The position numbers and the translations under genes were made by a program. From Bdellovibrionales bacterium (lineage in GTDB: Bacteria; Bdellovibrionota; Bdellovibrionia; Bdellovibrionales; UBA1609), in assembly GCA_965261545.1 (NCBI GenBank), contig CBDHDF010000011.1, forward strand, positions 384,001 to 448,000: a stretch of DNA of 64,000 nucleotides. Direction: 5' to 3'. The notes under the pieces are model-generated. The model did no database searches. It was given only the letters and a program-made list of their open reading frames with translations, and had not been told where the DNA came from. Positions 42,840-53,366 of this stretch are shown here, one piece after another. Position 1 is the first letter of the stretch; each line of letters opens with the position of its first letter.

Positions 42840-44335
42840 AGAAGGCTCCCTTCTAAGGACTGCGAAAGGTTATCACTGACTTGATCTTTATCCTCATTCA
42901 CCTCCACCATGGGTTGAAAGTTAAGATTCTTTTGGCCCTCGTATTTTTCCTTAAGAAAAGATATTTTCTCTTTGAGGTCTTCATCGGAAATCAAAGGGGA
43001 CTGAATTTCTATAAATTGATTCCCCGTAGCCCAAATGCCACGGCCCTTAATATCAGGCAAACGAAAGGCCATGTTGTTGCCAATGGCACGCATGGAGTTT
43101 TCAAGGGTGTTGACACGAAAGCACAGACGTCCTCCGATGTTTTCTTGAACCTTGGGGTCCATGGTGTCTTTGTTGATTTTCTGGGTGGCAAAAATCAAAT
43201 GGATGCCAGCCGCACGGGCCAACTTGGCCAGTTCATCGGTCAATTCCCTGGCTTGAAGGATGAGGTCTTTCTTTGAGTTTTGGACAGAAACCTTGGTGTA
43301 AAGCTCACTGGCCTCATCAATACCTATAATAATCTTATCGAGTTTATCCCTTTGGGAGACAATGCTCTTATGCCCTTTCTCTTCTAAAATGGTAAAACGT
43401 CGTTTCATTTCATCCCTCACCTTTTTCAATATACTCACGGCTTCGGATTCACTTTTCACCACCCTGACATTAGGAAGGTCCCCAAACTCCTTCATTTCCA
43501 CCCCACCTTTGAGGTCTAAGAGGTACATTTGAATATAATCTGAGCTATGGAGAAGCCCCAAAAGGGCTTGTTTGAAAAAAACACTCTTCCCACCCCCCGT
43601 GGAACCTGCAATCAACATATGGGGCAAAGTGCTAATATCCACTGTGATAATGCCACCCAAAGATTCTCCAATGACAAGGGAGTAGGGCTTTTTTAAGTGT
43701 CCTATGAGGGGAGCCCACTCCACCTTTTGGGGAAGGATTTTTGTTGTCAGAAGTATTTCCACAAACTGGGGGGAACTTCCCAAGTGGATGGACTCAATGA
43801 TGGAGTTAAAGGATGAGGCAAGTTGATTTTGCTTCTGGGTGTATGTCTCAAGCCCCACTCCCTTGCTCAATAATGTAAGCTTTGTTTTGAAGTGATCCAA
43901 TCTTTCAATGGCTACCACCTTTGGGGCTGTACCATGACCTGATTTGATGTGGACTTCATCCAATTGTTTTTGGAGCTTCTTCTTTTGATAATAAGGACCT
44001 AGACCAAGAAGAATTAGAATAACAAAGCCTGAGAATATAGCCACCAGAACATAATGATGTAGCCAAGAAGGTGTTATCAAAAGAACACATAGTCCCTCAG
44101 TAAAGATATGGGGTGCTATTTTATGGGCCACAAAGATATAGTAGTGTTTGTAAGTAATACCAAAGACGAACCCCAAAAAGGAAGGGGCATAAACCTTAAA
44201 CTCAATGGATCTAAAGTCAATCCTTCTGACCCCATGGAAGGCAATATGGCACAATATCCATGACGCCTTTCCGAGTTCAATAATAACTCTCTCTATGCTC
44301 TCTGCTAATTTTTGATAATTATCGTTTTTACTCAT
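42836..44335 (-). CDS. FtsK/SpoIIIE-type ATPase (putative coupling protein)
   Basis: N-terminal TMs; PHMLIAGSTGGGKS, LLDLKGGVE, IDEASEL, LARAAGIHLIFATQ. Confidence 0.9.
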   Translation of the reverse strand: MSKNDNYQKLAESIERVIIELGKASWILCHIAFHGVRRIDFRSIEFKVYAPSFLGFVFGITYKHYYIFVAHKIAPHIFTEGLCVLLITPSWLHHYVLVAIFSGFVILILLGLGPYYQKKKLQKQLDEVHIKSGHGTAPKVVAIERLDHFKTKLTLLSKGVGLETYTQKQNQLASSFNSIIESIHLGSSPQFVEILLTTKILPQKVEWAPLIGHLKKPYSLVIGESLGGIITVDISTLPHMLIAGSTGGGKSVFFKQALLGLLHSSDYIQMYLLDLKGGVEMKEFGDLPNVRVVKSESEAVSILKKVRDEMKRRFTILEEKGHKSIVSQRDKLDKIIIGIDEASELYTKVSVQNSKKDLILQARELTDELAKLARAAGIHLIFATQKINKDTMDPKVQENIGGRLCFRVNTLENSMRAIGNNMAFRLPDIKGRGIWATGNQFIEIQSPLISDEDLKEKISFLKEKYEGQKNLNFQPMVEVNEDKDQVSDNLSQSLEGSLL

Positions 44336-45656
44336 GCAAAAAATCTCCTTTCATGGGAGCGGTAAGGCTCACCACAAGATTTGTTTCTATTGGAATAGTG
44401 ACATAAGGAACCAAGTGATTTAGTTCCGATGCCTGACGTTGAGACTCCATATCCGCCACCTTAGAGGCTCCGTGGTAAAAAGCATTTTTTAGGGTGGCTT
44501 TTGGAGTGATGGATACAGAACTAGGACTAGAGCCAGAACCAGAACCAAATTTAGATCTTCCAAGAGCCTCCTTTTGAGTCAAAGTTTCGGTCATGCCCGC
44601 AACCATGCTGAGTCCTAGAATGGAAGCCATTTTCCCACCTCGGCGACTGTGGTATTTTCCAGAAAGGCCCGGTCGATGACTCCTAGGAGCCAGTGCTTCG
44701 GCCTGCAAACCAAACTCATTTCCATTGGGAAGAACACCCTTTGAGAAATGAATAAAAACTTTTTTCCCTTTCCCTGGATAGCGAATGCTGCCTATAAGAA
44801 TCGTCTCTTTGGGAAGTTGCCCCCGATCTCGTTCCTTAAACCTTCCGCCCTTGGGAAGTCTCACCCTCACCCATGCACCCTCTTGTCGGGTATCAATGGC
44901 ACTGAGTAATTGGCCCTCAAAATAAGTGCCTGTGGGTAGTGCCAATGATTCGTGGTCTTCTTCCCGTACAATGACTTGTGGGGCTTTGTACTTAATGGGT
45001 GAAGCCTGGGAAAAAGCCACTCTCTGACTTCTTCCATTTCCTTGATTTTGGTCTCGTTGGTAACTTCGGCGTCTTTGGTTTCTATACCTTTGGTTTTGGT
45101 GTCTTTGACTGTCATGCCCCTCATGTTCTTCATGCCCTTTATATCTATATCTTTCATATTTTTGATTTTCATGACCTTGACTTTCATGCATTTTACCTCC
45201 ATGGTTCCCTTGGAACCCATGGCGTTTATGGGCTTCCTGGGTCTCATCGGAATGACTTGCACTTATGTCAGAAATTCCACCTAACAAAGGGGGCTGCTTT
45301 TTCCTTGTGTGGGAACCTGCTTGCCTTTCTTGGGATATCCCCCATGAGCCTTCGTGAGTTTCATCCCCTTGAGGGAGAAGCCCTAGGGATTGATTGTCTT
45401 GAAGTTGACTTCCTGGCAGTTGACTCCCTTGGAAAGGGCTTCCTCGGAGTTCTCTCCTAATAAAACTGCTGTCGTGAGAATCTAACATAGCTATAAAAAT
45501 AAGAACTATGGCGGATGAGGGAATTAAAACAAAAAAGAATCTATTGGACTTGATGACGTTCTTGCCAGCTTCCTTAATATAGAAAAAACCCATTGTTTTT
45601 CTTAAAAACTTCTTCAACTTCTTCAAATTTTTCAAAGAAAATGATTCATGACTCAT
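44328..45656 (-). CDS. VirB10/TrbI/TraM-like T4SS core protein
   Basis: TM anchor, disordered linker, LPTGTYFEGQLLSAID beta-domain; operon position. Confidence 0.72.
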   Translation of the reverse strand: MSHESFSLKNLKKLKKFLRKTMGFFYIKEAGKNVIKSNRFFFVLIPSSAIVLIFIAMLDSHDSSFIRRELRGSPFQGSQLPGSQLQDNQSLGLLPQGDETHEGSWGISQERQAGSHTRKKQPPLLGGISDISASHSDETQEAHKRHGFQGNHGGKMHESQGHENQKYERYRYKGHEEHEGHDSQRHQNQRYRNQRRRSYQRDQNQGNGRSQRVAFSQASPIKYKAPQVIVREEDHESLALPTGTYFEGQLLSAIDTRQEGAWVRVRLPKGGRFKERDRGQLPKETILIGSIRYPGKGKKVFIHFSKGVLPNGNEFGLQAEALAPRSHRPGLSGKYHSRRGGKMASILGLSMVAGMTETLTQKEALGRSKFGSGSGSSPSSVSITPKATLKNAFYHGASKVADMESQRQASELNHLVPYVTIPIETNLVVSLTAPMKGDFLHE

Positions 45657-46753
45657 AGGAACCTCTTTTTAATGATGATTCTTCTGGTTTCTTGCTGGTA
45701 TCCCAAGTGGAGGCTAAACCCTTTGTTCTCCATAATTTTAAATATAATGCGGCAGACTTGGGTTTGACCCACAGGAATTTCATGGTTTTCAAAAATGGAT
45801 TCAAATTGAGGTAAAGCCTTACCAGACCTTGTCATCCATAATCGAATGTCAGAGGTCTTAAGAGCCTTTTTTGATATATTCCAGAGTTCAATATCTATGA
45901 AATAAAGACCTTCATGGTTTAAGCTCTCAATATTGGAAATCATCCCAACTATCTTGCGCTTGATGCCTATTCTTAGCCCTCGGTCTGGAGTAGGGCGCTG
46001 GAGCAATGGAGCCGAACCATGGGAAGGAGGAATAGTCCGATGAGAATAGGAAGTAGGCTGATGGGCAGATGAAATAGATTGGCGAGGAGAGGAAATAGAT
46101 TGGTGAGAAGATGAACGCTTCTTTCTTTGATGGATTTTGTTGGTCTTGTTGGTGACTTTCCTCTGACCATTTTTTTGACTTCTTCGGCTCTTTCTATAAA
46201 CTGCATTGCTTCGGGAAGACCTCCATCGAACCTTTACTAAATCATCGTATTTACTCCCTGAGCTTAGCACCCTCAAGATAAACCCGTAGGTATGGTATTT
46301 GCCATAAACAAAGAGATTGGTGCTCATGGGTCCCTGGGGCTGTATCGTGACATCATTGCCAATAAATTCTATTTGAAAATAATTCTGATTCCCAATGACA
46401 ACTTTTTTGGGGCGTTCATGGAAGCGTAAAATCGTGGATTGCCCCATCTTCAAATAAATAGATTTCATTTTTTCATCATTCATCTCAAGAGTTCTGATAG
46501 AGCCAGCCCTTAGAGATGTTCCATAAAAGAGGATAGCAGCACACATTATGTTTATGCTAAAATTTATCACCCTTATTATTGTCCTAGCCGCTTTTACTGA
46601 TATCGTCATCCGTATCGCTCTTGTCATCCTTACTGCGTTTACCATTTCTGTCACTCTGGTCGCCCTAGTCGCCTTTATGGCCACCGCCGAGCTAGCCACC
46701 CTTGTCGCCTTTATCGCTTTTGCCGTTCTTACAACCAACAGTTTCTTGCTCAT
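45653..46753 (-). CDS. VirB9/TrbG-like T4SS secreted protein
   Basis: IYLKMGQSTILRF.E.P..VVIGN...TNLFVY pattern; operon position. Confidence 0.65.
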   Translation of the reverse strand: MSKKLLVVRTAKAIKATRVASSAVAIKATRATRVTEMVNAVRMTRAIRMTISVKAARTIIRVINFSINIMCAAILFYGTSLRAGSIRTLEMNDEKMKSIYLKMGQSTILRFHERPKKVVIGNQNYFQIEFIGNDVTIQPQGPMSTNLFVYGKYHTYGFILRVLSSGSKYDDLVKVRWRSSRSNAVYRKSRRSQKNGQRKVTNKTNKIHQRKKRSSSHQSISSPRQSISSAHQPTSYSHRTIPPSHGSAPLLQRPTPDRGLRIGIKRKIVGMISNIESLNHEGLYFIDIELWNISKKALKTSDIRLWMTRSGKALPQFESIFENHEIPVGQTQVCRIIFKIMENKGFSLHLGYQQETRRIIIKKRFL

Positions 46754-47376
46754 TTACTGACCTCATGGATAGTTTCATGAATGGTAATTCCGTCAACATA
46801 TAAGCCCATGGGATTCCACACTGTGGGGTTGTTCCGAATAATACGAAAAGACAAGCGGGTGGGGGCAATGAGGGGGATATTGTTCACTCTTACAATTCTG
46901 TCAAAAGAAGCTAAGGCTTGGCTTTGGGTCACAATGGGTTTTATATTAGCGACTGTTTGCTCAATTTTCTTGTTGAATTCTTTTTGGGTAAAGTCTTTTT
47001 TTATTTGGTGTCTCATCTTTTGAAGAAGCCCCTTTGTCGTGAGGGGAGAAATATTTTCAAGAGCTGAGATGGGGTTGGAATCACTCCATGTATAGCGAAG
47101 CCTGATATATTCTTCAAGGAAACGGGCAATGTCCTTTTCAGAAAGATGAATCTCTCTTTTCTCGGAGGAGTAAAACCTCTTCTCCTCTCCATTTTGAAGA
47201 ACCACCACCGGAGGGTTGGTGGACAAGTAGAATGAGAAAATTGTGAGTGAAAAACATAGGAGTCCCAATAAAACTCCCATGAGCTTGTAGAGGTAGAGCA
47301 CCTTGTTGAGGGCCACCCATTGGTTTGAGGGTTGAGTACGATTTTTTGTCACTGTTTTAATCATGGTCTTTGTCAT
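46750..47376 (-). CDS. VirB8/TraK-like protein
   Basis: Single TM, FLEEYIRLRYTW, C-terminal NPMGLYV motif. Confidence 0.7.
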   Translation of the reverse strand: MTKTMIKTVTKNRTQPSNQWVALNKVLYLYKLMGVLLGLLCFSLTIFSFYLSTNPPVVVLQNGEEKRFYSSEKREIHLSEKDIARFLEEYIRLRYTWSDSNPISALENISPLTTKGLLQKMRHQIKKDFTQKEFNKKIEQTVANIKPIVTQSQALASFDRIVRVNNIPLIAPTRLSFRIIRNNPTVWNPMGLYVDGITIHETIHEVSK

Positions 47377-48640
47377 GTTTTTCTCCTTCTTCCAAACTTG
47401 AATGGATATCCTTAGACGTTGATTTAAAATCTGATTTAGAATTTGACTCAGAGCTTGGCTTAGAGTCTGATCTAGAGTCTGGCTTAGGAGTTGATTTGGC
47501 AGTATTTTTAGGAGCCACTTTGGAAGTTTCCAGTGAAGTTTGATGCCTCCATATATTTCTTATGGGCGATAGCCATCGACTTTCTCCAAACTTGGCTGGT
47601 TTCCATGGTGAACCCGTGGACAATTCTTCGGATAACTCTTTGGTTGGCCTCAATGAGTCTTTGGAATCTCTTAATTCTGCGCCGATGCCCATATGTGAGC
47701 CGCCGAAACCTGTGACTGCGGTGAAAGTTCTAGCTGCTTTGGTCGATCGAATCGCCCTTGTCGGTCTAGTCAGTTGCCCCATTGAGCCCATGAGTGAGGA
47801 GGAGCCAGCAGGTGGTGGTGTCTCTGTGTTCGTAGATGATCCACCTAGAGTTCTTGCAAGAGCCCCTCGACCTTTTCGACTTAAGATTCCTTTCAGAGTT
47901 CCACTTAAAGCAATGGCTGGAGCCAGTGCTAAGGCGGATGCTGTTTTGGAGAGTCCGTCATTGATAAGAGACCTTGTGGTCAGAGGAGTAAACAACATGG
48001 ACAAACCAATGCAAAGGTTCATCATAATGGTGTATAAGAAGTTTTCCATATCTACCACTTGGGGATTAGTGGCTATTTTTAGAAGTATCACACCGAGGAT
48101 GGACCACATGATTTTCCATAAAACCACATTGATGAGCCCCTTGTAGAGATTCATTGCTATAAATGCAGTGTTTGCTGAAACATACATGAGTATCATTAAG
48201 GGAGAGCAGACATAAAGAACATGCCAAACAAATTGAACAAGGATATTGGCAATAAAAATACCTGCGTAAGCCACAACATAGGAGATCACACACAGGATGA
48301 ATACAATGCTTTCTCGTAGCTTGAGCCAACTCACTTCCATTTTCTGATAATTGGTTTCTAGGTGAACCAATAGATCCTTTAATTGGCCCATGGCATGTAT
48401 TTTCTGAGCAATTCCATCACCCAAGAAAGCAATTGTATTGAGACATTCTTCAAATGAAATAAGCATAATTATGGAGATCACAACCCTTTTTAGAATTTCA
48501 TGGACATTGGGGTTTTGTGATGGAATTTTAAAGAATTCTAAAATAATGGCTAAGAGGGTAAATGGAACCAAGAGAAGCCAGTAAAGCTCTCTTATATTCC
48601 CATGGATTTCTTGGCACACCTCGGATAAACCTTCAAACAC
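47357..48640 (-). CDS. VirB6/TrbL-like polytopic membrane protein
   Basis: Multiple TM helices, SPLMI motif, long low-complexity tail; operon position. Confidence 0.7.
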   Translation of the reverse strand: MFEGLSEVCQEIHGNIRELYWLLLVPFTLLAIILEFFKIPSQNPNVHEILKRVVISIIMLISFEECLNTIAFLGDGIAQKIHAMGQLKDLLVHLETNYQKMEVSWLKLRESIVFILCVISYVVAYAGIFIANILVQFVWHVLYVCSPLMILMYVSANTAFIAMNLYKGLINVVLWKIMWSILGVILLKIATNPQVVDMENFLYTIMMNLCIGLSMLFTPLTTRSLINDGLSKTASALALAPAIALSGTLKGILSRKGRGALARTLGGSSTNTETPPPAGSSSLMGSMGQLTRPTRAIRSTKAARTFTAVTGFGGSHMGIGAELRDSKDSLRPTKELSEELSTGSPWKPAKFGESRWLSPIRNIWRHQTSLETSKVAPKNTAKSTPKPDSRSDSKPSSESNSKSDFKSTSKDIHSSLEEGEKHDKDHD

Positions 48641-49368
48641 TATTTAAACCTCCGTAGTGAGAAATCAGGTTTGAGAGACTTCAAACCATTTTTCATATCT
48701 TTGTTAAATCTATTGAAAGCAACAACGCTATCTTTTCCGTACTTATTCGTCATGGCGAGATATTCACCTTGGAGTTTGAGTATCTGATTAAGAGTGTGTA
48801 AAATCTTGGCATTGCTTTCGGCCGTCATGCGCATGGCCCCCTTGGGTGAGGCCCCTCGGCTTTGCATGGAAATAATTTTTGAATTTTCCTCTTGCCTTTG
48901 GGCGTATGGCCCAATAAGCCCCACCATTTTAATGCTTTCGGCGACACTTTGGTCATGGAGCATCTGCATGGTGGATTCCATGCTGCGTGGAACTTCACCA
49001 TAGACCTTTACAATGGACTTATAGGCTCTATTAAAATCTTTCAGTCCACTTAAGATTTTGGCATCTTTGATGGGGAGTGAATGAAGCAGACCCACGGAAT
49101 TCTCTAGCCCCTCATTGATCAGTCTTAAATAGTTGTCCTTATTTTTCTCAGTTTCGAGAATCACTCTTAGTTGCTCATATCTTTTCATATTTTCTGAAAG
49201 AATGTTCGCCAAGTAGGGAACCTGTGCCCATCCAGCACCTGCATCGCCTAAGAAAGCATGGGAGCATGGAACTGCAAAGAGATGAATCCCTATGGAAAGA
49301 AGAATGGCTTTTCGGATAAAGTCTCTTGTTTGTCGGATAAAATGTCTTATTCTATTGAGTGGTTCTAT
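48640..49368 (-). pseudogene. VirB5/TrbJ-like secreted protein with a damaged 5' end (ORF-called part 48640-49212)
   Basis: An in-frame signal-peptide-like stretch (IRKAILLSIGIHLFAVPCSHA) lies upstream of 49212 with no in-frame ATG; the RBS is followed by an out-of-frame ATA. Confidence 0.55.
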
Positions 49369-52100
49369 GGGGCCTCCTTTTTGCCTTCAAAGGCAATTTT
49401 TTTAAGAATTTCTAACTTTGGTAGTTTTGGATATTTTCTTGCCATGGCTTCAATGGCAGCCTTATCAAAACCATCTGTGGTGCATATCCAGTAGCTCAAA
49501 GGGTCTGGGGTGAGCCGAATGACAGCCTTATTTTCATCTTGCATAAAAAAGAACTCACTGAAACTCCCCTTTTCAAGGGAAAGGCTTTTGATGACTTCCA
49601 CTTCGTCGTTGTTAAAGTCCATGACCTCTTGGAAATCCTTCCAGTCTATTTTCTTTTGGCGGAGAATAAAGACACTTGCTGTATTGGGAAAAATGGCATT
49701 TTTGATTTCTTGGCTAGAGAGAAAATCCTTGTAGTTTTGGCTAATACACCAAATGCCTCCATTGAACTTCCTAAAGGTGCGGTAGGCTTCCATGGCAAAG
49801 CTGAGGCCACTGGGTGTTTCAAAGAGTTTCCATGCCTCGTCGATAATGAGAAGGTAGGGAGTGGAGAGGTCACGGGCAGCTTCACTCTTTATAAAATCTG
49901 TAAAGAGGAGCAAGAAAACGTTTTGTAAATCGGGGTAGGCGTCAAGCCCCTTCGTCTCAATAGTGATAAGGTCTTTAGTGAGCTTCACATTGCTGGGACC
50001 ATCCAGCATTTGACCGTAGGCGGTGTTTCCCGTCCAAGAGTAAAGAGTTTGAGCAAAGTTTCTCATCTCTAAGACTTCATGTTCAGAGAGGACTTTTCTC
50101 AAATCTGATAAAATGGGCATTCGACCCTTGGTTTGTTCATTGTTGGCTTGCTTATGGATTTGCTCACTGGCCTGCCCATGATTTTCTTGTTCATTGTTGG
50201 TTCGCTTATTGGTTTGCTCATTGACCTGCTCACTGTTTGCTTGCTCATAGGTTTTAAAGATAGCCTCTTCGAGAAGGGCTTTTTCTCTCTTGGGAAGCCC
50301 TCTTTTTTCCTCATCCTTCAGGATGGACTCCAGCACAGCCAAGATCAGCTTCACCTTTGATGTTGTGGGCGTGGTTTGAGTCGTAGGGGTGGTCTGGTCT
50401 TCTGACGAAAGATCAAACATATTGAGCCTTATCTTTGAGTCTATGTTGAGGTTGATAAACTCACCCCCGTGGACTTCAAGCAGCCTTTGGGAAGAAGCCC
50501 CGTTGTCCACCCAAATGATTTTGGGTCTTGGAGTTTGGGTGCAAAATTGCAACATCATTTGAGAAATAGTAAAGCTCTTGCCCACGCCAGAGCCGCCAAA
50601 GATGAGGGCGTTCCAGTTGGTAAGCTCTTTGGCAAAGGGGTCCATGGAAAACAAAACTCCATATCTATTTGGAAACAAGCACACGGGTTTGCTGTGCCCC
50701 CTCCAATAGGAATAAAGGGGCATCAAGTGGGCGACATTGGAGCTTTTCATTTTTTTGGGTCTGAGCCCATGAGTGCTTCCGGGAAAAGTCATGGAAAAAG
50801 CTTCAAAACCTGGCAAGGTCTCCACCACCCCCTCAGATTGATTCATTCGCTTAAAGGCACTCAGTACCTCATCTGCTTTTTCTGTTAGCTCCTCTCTTCC
50901 CTTGCCCCAAATAATCACATTGAGATCTGTGGAGACGAGTTTTTCTGAACCCTCAAGCAGCTCTCTCATTAAATCCTCAATCTGATAGAGCTTGGACTCA
51001 GATTCTAGGTCACTGATATTTTGCGGACTTGAGGTCATGGAGTGGGCAAGCCTTCTTTGCACTTTTAACTTCTCAACCTCTGACTTTTGCCTGTGAATCT
51101 GGATATTTTGCAAAAGCCAAAAGTGGAAGGGTAGGCTTGTGAGATGATGGATCATGGCCGCATGGGTTTCTTCTTCGGGAAGGGTCTTCATTGTGATAAC
51201 TTGAAAGAAGTAGTTCCCACACTTTATACAATCCTCATAGATGCCTATATCCGTAAAGAGGATTTGGTGGGCAAGGCTTGGGGCAAAAAGGTCGTAAAAC
51301 TCTGACAAAGGCTCATGGAGGCCAAATTTTGACGAAGGGGGCTCAAGTTCCCCAAGTTCTAGTGAAGGCTCAAATTCCCCAATCCCTGACGAAGGCTCAA
51401 AGTCTTCAAGTTCCTCAATATCTGCTGGGGACTCAGTATCACCAAGATCAGAGAGACCAGAAAAGTCACCAAGGTCAGCAAGTCCGCCATGCTCCTTCCA
51501 ATGGGGAGGGCCAACCTTCTCACTGCGAGAGAGATTGAAGTATTCAAACAACAGGCCGGCCCACTGTGAACTCTCAAGTTCTACAGGGGCAAGTCCTCCA
51601 TCCTTGAGTAAAAAGAAAAGTTGCCTGCGGTTTCTTTCAAAGGTTTTCTTGTGTTCATCGTACTCTTGCTTGGAAGACTGCTGAAATTTCTCTTGAGATT
51701 TCCAAAATCCTTGGCGTTTATACTTAAGGGGCTCTCCCCGAAGAAACAAGTAAGTTTCTGGCAAGAAATACTCGCCTTGGTGCTTGTTCAAGAAATCAAT
51801 TCTTGCCTGCACTATCTCTTGTTGTGCTTTATTTGAGGTCACCGAGATTTTTTCATGCTCTTTGATGGTTTCAGAGACATGGGGAGTTAACCTGTAAAAG
51901 ACCTGGAGAGATAGACCTTCAGGAATGGAAGTCAGAAGGCTCCCCATCCTTCTATTAAAGTTGTTGACGCTCTCGGTGGAAGTGCAACTTATATCCATGC
52001 CATTGAGTTTAAATCCTGCCCCTAGGGAGCCATCGGAAAAAACCATGAGATTTTCATCAAAGTGCCAAATGGGTAGTTTATCTGCGAGAGCGTGAGTCAT
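49365..52100 (-). CDS. virB4: VirB4/TraC-family conjugative ATPase
   Basis: NALIFGGSGVGKSF, VDNGAS, LIIDEAW, RTFRKFNG...ISQ. Confidence 0.92.
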   Translation of the reverse strand: MTHALADKLPIWHFDENLMVFSDGSLGAGFKLNGMDISCTSTESVNNFNRRMGSLLTSIPEGLSLQVFYRLTPHVSETIKEHEKISVTSNKAQQEIVQARIDFLNKHQGEYFLPETYLFLRGEPLKYKRQGFWKSQEKFQQSSKQEYDEHKKTFERNRRQLFFLLKDGGLAPVELESSQWAGLLFEYFNLSRSEKVGPPHWKEHGGLADLGDFSGLSDLGDTESPADIEELEDFEPSSGIGEFEPSLELGELEPPSSKFGLHEPLSEFYDLFAPSLAHQILFTDIGIYEDCIKCGNYFFQVITMKTLPEEETHAAMIHHLTSLPFHFWLLQNIQIHRQKSEVEKLKVQRRLAHSMTSSPQNISDLESESKLYQIEDLMRELLEGSEKLVSTDLNVIIWGKGREELTEKADEVLSAFKRMNQSEGVVETLPGFEAFSMTFPGSTHGLRPKKMKSSNVAHLMPLYSYWRGHSKPVCLFPNRYGVLFSMDPFAKELTNWNALIFGGSGVGKSFTISQMMLQFCTQTPRPKIIWVDNGASSQRLLEVHGGEFINLNIDSKIRLNMFDLSSEDQTTPTTQTTPTTSKVKLILAVLESILKDEEKRGLPKREKALLEEAIFKTYEQANSEQVNEQTNKRTNNEQENHGQASEQIHKQANNEQTKGRMPILSDLRKVLSEHEVLEMRNFAQTLYSWTGNTAYGQMLDGPSNVKLTKDLITIETKGLDAYPDLQNVFLLLFTDFIKSEAARDLSTPYLLIIDEAWKLFETPSGLSFAMEAYRTFRKFNGGIWCISQNYKDFLSSQEIKNAIFPNTASVFILRQKKIDWKDFQEVMDFNNDEVEVIKSLSLEKGSFSEFFFMQDENKAVIRLTPDPLSYWICTTDGFDKAAIEAMARKYPKLPKLEILKKIAFEGKKEAP

Positions 52101-52408
52101 AGAATCCTCTTTTGTCTTTTGGGTTCAAATTTTCCTACATTGCCAGCACTATAAACCCCTGGAGTCATCTTGTAGGTTAGGAGGTGAAGGAAGTAGTTCT
52201 CAGGCTTATTTCTTTTGACGAAATACAAGACCACAGCCATCATCACGGGTAAAATGAAAACAAGGTAGGTGGCCAAGAAGGTGGAGCCAAAAAATAGATT
52301 CATGGTGGCTGCAAATAGGAGAATAAAAAGAAGATCGTGAGCCTCCATGCCCACAATCTTAAGTTTGGCATCTAGTCTTCGATGAATTCTTGAAGTCTCC
52401 AAAGCCAT
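52097..52408 (-). CDS. VirB3-like membrane protein
   Basis: Two TMs, KIVGME, immediately upstream of virB4. Confidence 0.65.
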   Translation of the reverse strand: MALETSRIHRRLDAKLKIVGMEAHDLLFILLFAATMNLFFGSTFLATYLVFILPVMMAVVLYFVKRNKPENYFLHLLTYKMTPGVYSAGNVGKFEPKRQKRIL

Positions 52409-52867
52409 TTAGTACCCCACCGCAGCTTGGAACCAGCTAATAATATGGGGAGCAAGAAAGCCCACAATACTGCATACAATCACCATGATGATTCTGCCCT
52501 TGGCGGCACCATCTCCTGTAAGGGCGAGAATCACCGCATACACAAGGCCCAAAACACTTATAAGGGGAAGTATCACGGTCATAAGCTGATTTGTGAGCCC
52601 CTTCATGCGGCTTTCAAAGCCACTTCCAAGAAGCTGAGACCACGCTGTTTCTGAGTAGTAAAGGGCCAACATCACCAAGAAAAAAATGGCGACCCACTTC
52701 AAAGAAGCCCTTAAGGTTGTGAATTGATTCATTTTGTCCACTTCGTTCGCCACGTTTGCCTTGTTCGTCTCGTTCACCTTGCTTACTTCGTTCGCCTCGT
52801 TTACTTTGCTCATCTCGCCCGCTTTGTTCATATTGCTCATCTCGTTTACCTTACTCATCTTGCTCAC
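52409..52867 (-). CDS. TrbC/VirB2-like pilin
   Basis: Signal-like segment plus two hydrophobic helices; upstream of virB3/virB4; repetitive N-terminus. Confidence 0.7.
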   Translation of the reverse strand: MSKMSKVNEMSNMNKAGEMSKVNEANEVSKVNETNKANVANEVDKMNQFTTLRASLKWVAIFFLVMLALYYSETAWSQLLGSGFESRMKGLTNQLMTVILPLISVLGLVYAVILALTGDGAAKGRIIMVIVCSIVGFLAPHIISWFQAAVGY

Positions 52868-53264
52868 CTTCTGGGCTTCCCATAATAAGAGACCTACTAT
52901 AAGGACCGATATTCATAATCACATCCCCCTGGGTAAGAGCATTTGAGTGGCCTTCACCCACTGACTTGCGTGTCTTAAATTTTCCATTCTTTTTGATGAC
53001 CACCTCCACTCGATAGCGAGTTCGATCTCCCGTGGATAAAATGGGCTTGAGGTAGTATTGATTCTCTGGGTGTATATCAATTTTCAGTCGATATTCCCCA
53101 AAGTTATGCTCATGAAAAGCAACTCCTGCTGGGAAATGACGCTTTTCTTCTTTATCAAACCACCACAATTGAAATACTTTGGATTTCTTATCTCCTTGAT
53201 ATTCTTTAATTTTCTTATTTTTTTGATCTTCATGAGATGATTGAAAGTTCTTTGTTTTTTTCAT
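52851..53264 (-). CDS. Hypothetical protein (leading gene of the transfer operon)
   Basis: GGAGG RBS; small beta-rich basic protein. Confidence 0.65.
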   Translation of the reverse strand: MKKTKNFQSSHEDQKNKKIKEYQGDKKSKVFQLWWFDKEEKRHFPAGVAFHEHNFGEYRLKIDIHPENQYYLKPILSTGDRTRYRVEVVIKKNGKFKTRKSVGEGHSNALTQGDVIMNIGPYSRSLIMGSPEGEQDE

Positions 53265-53366
53265 GATTTATCCTCCAGAATTTGTTTTCAGAATCATCGA
53301 TTCTGATTCGGGTTCTTAGTTCTTATAAATCGTTGATATTTTTCCCATTCAACATAAATACATTCC

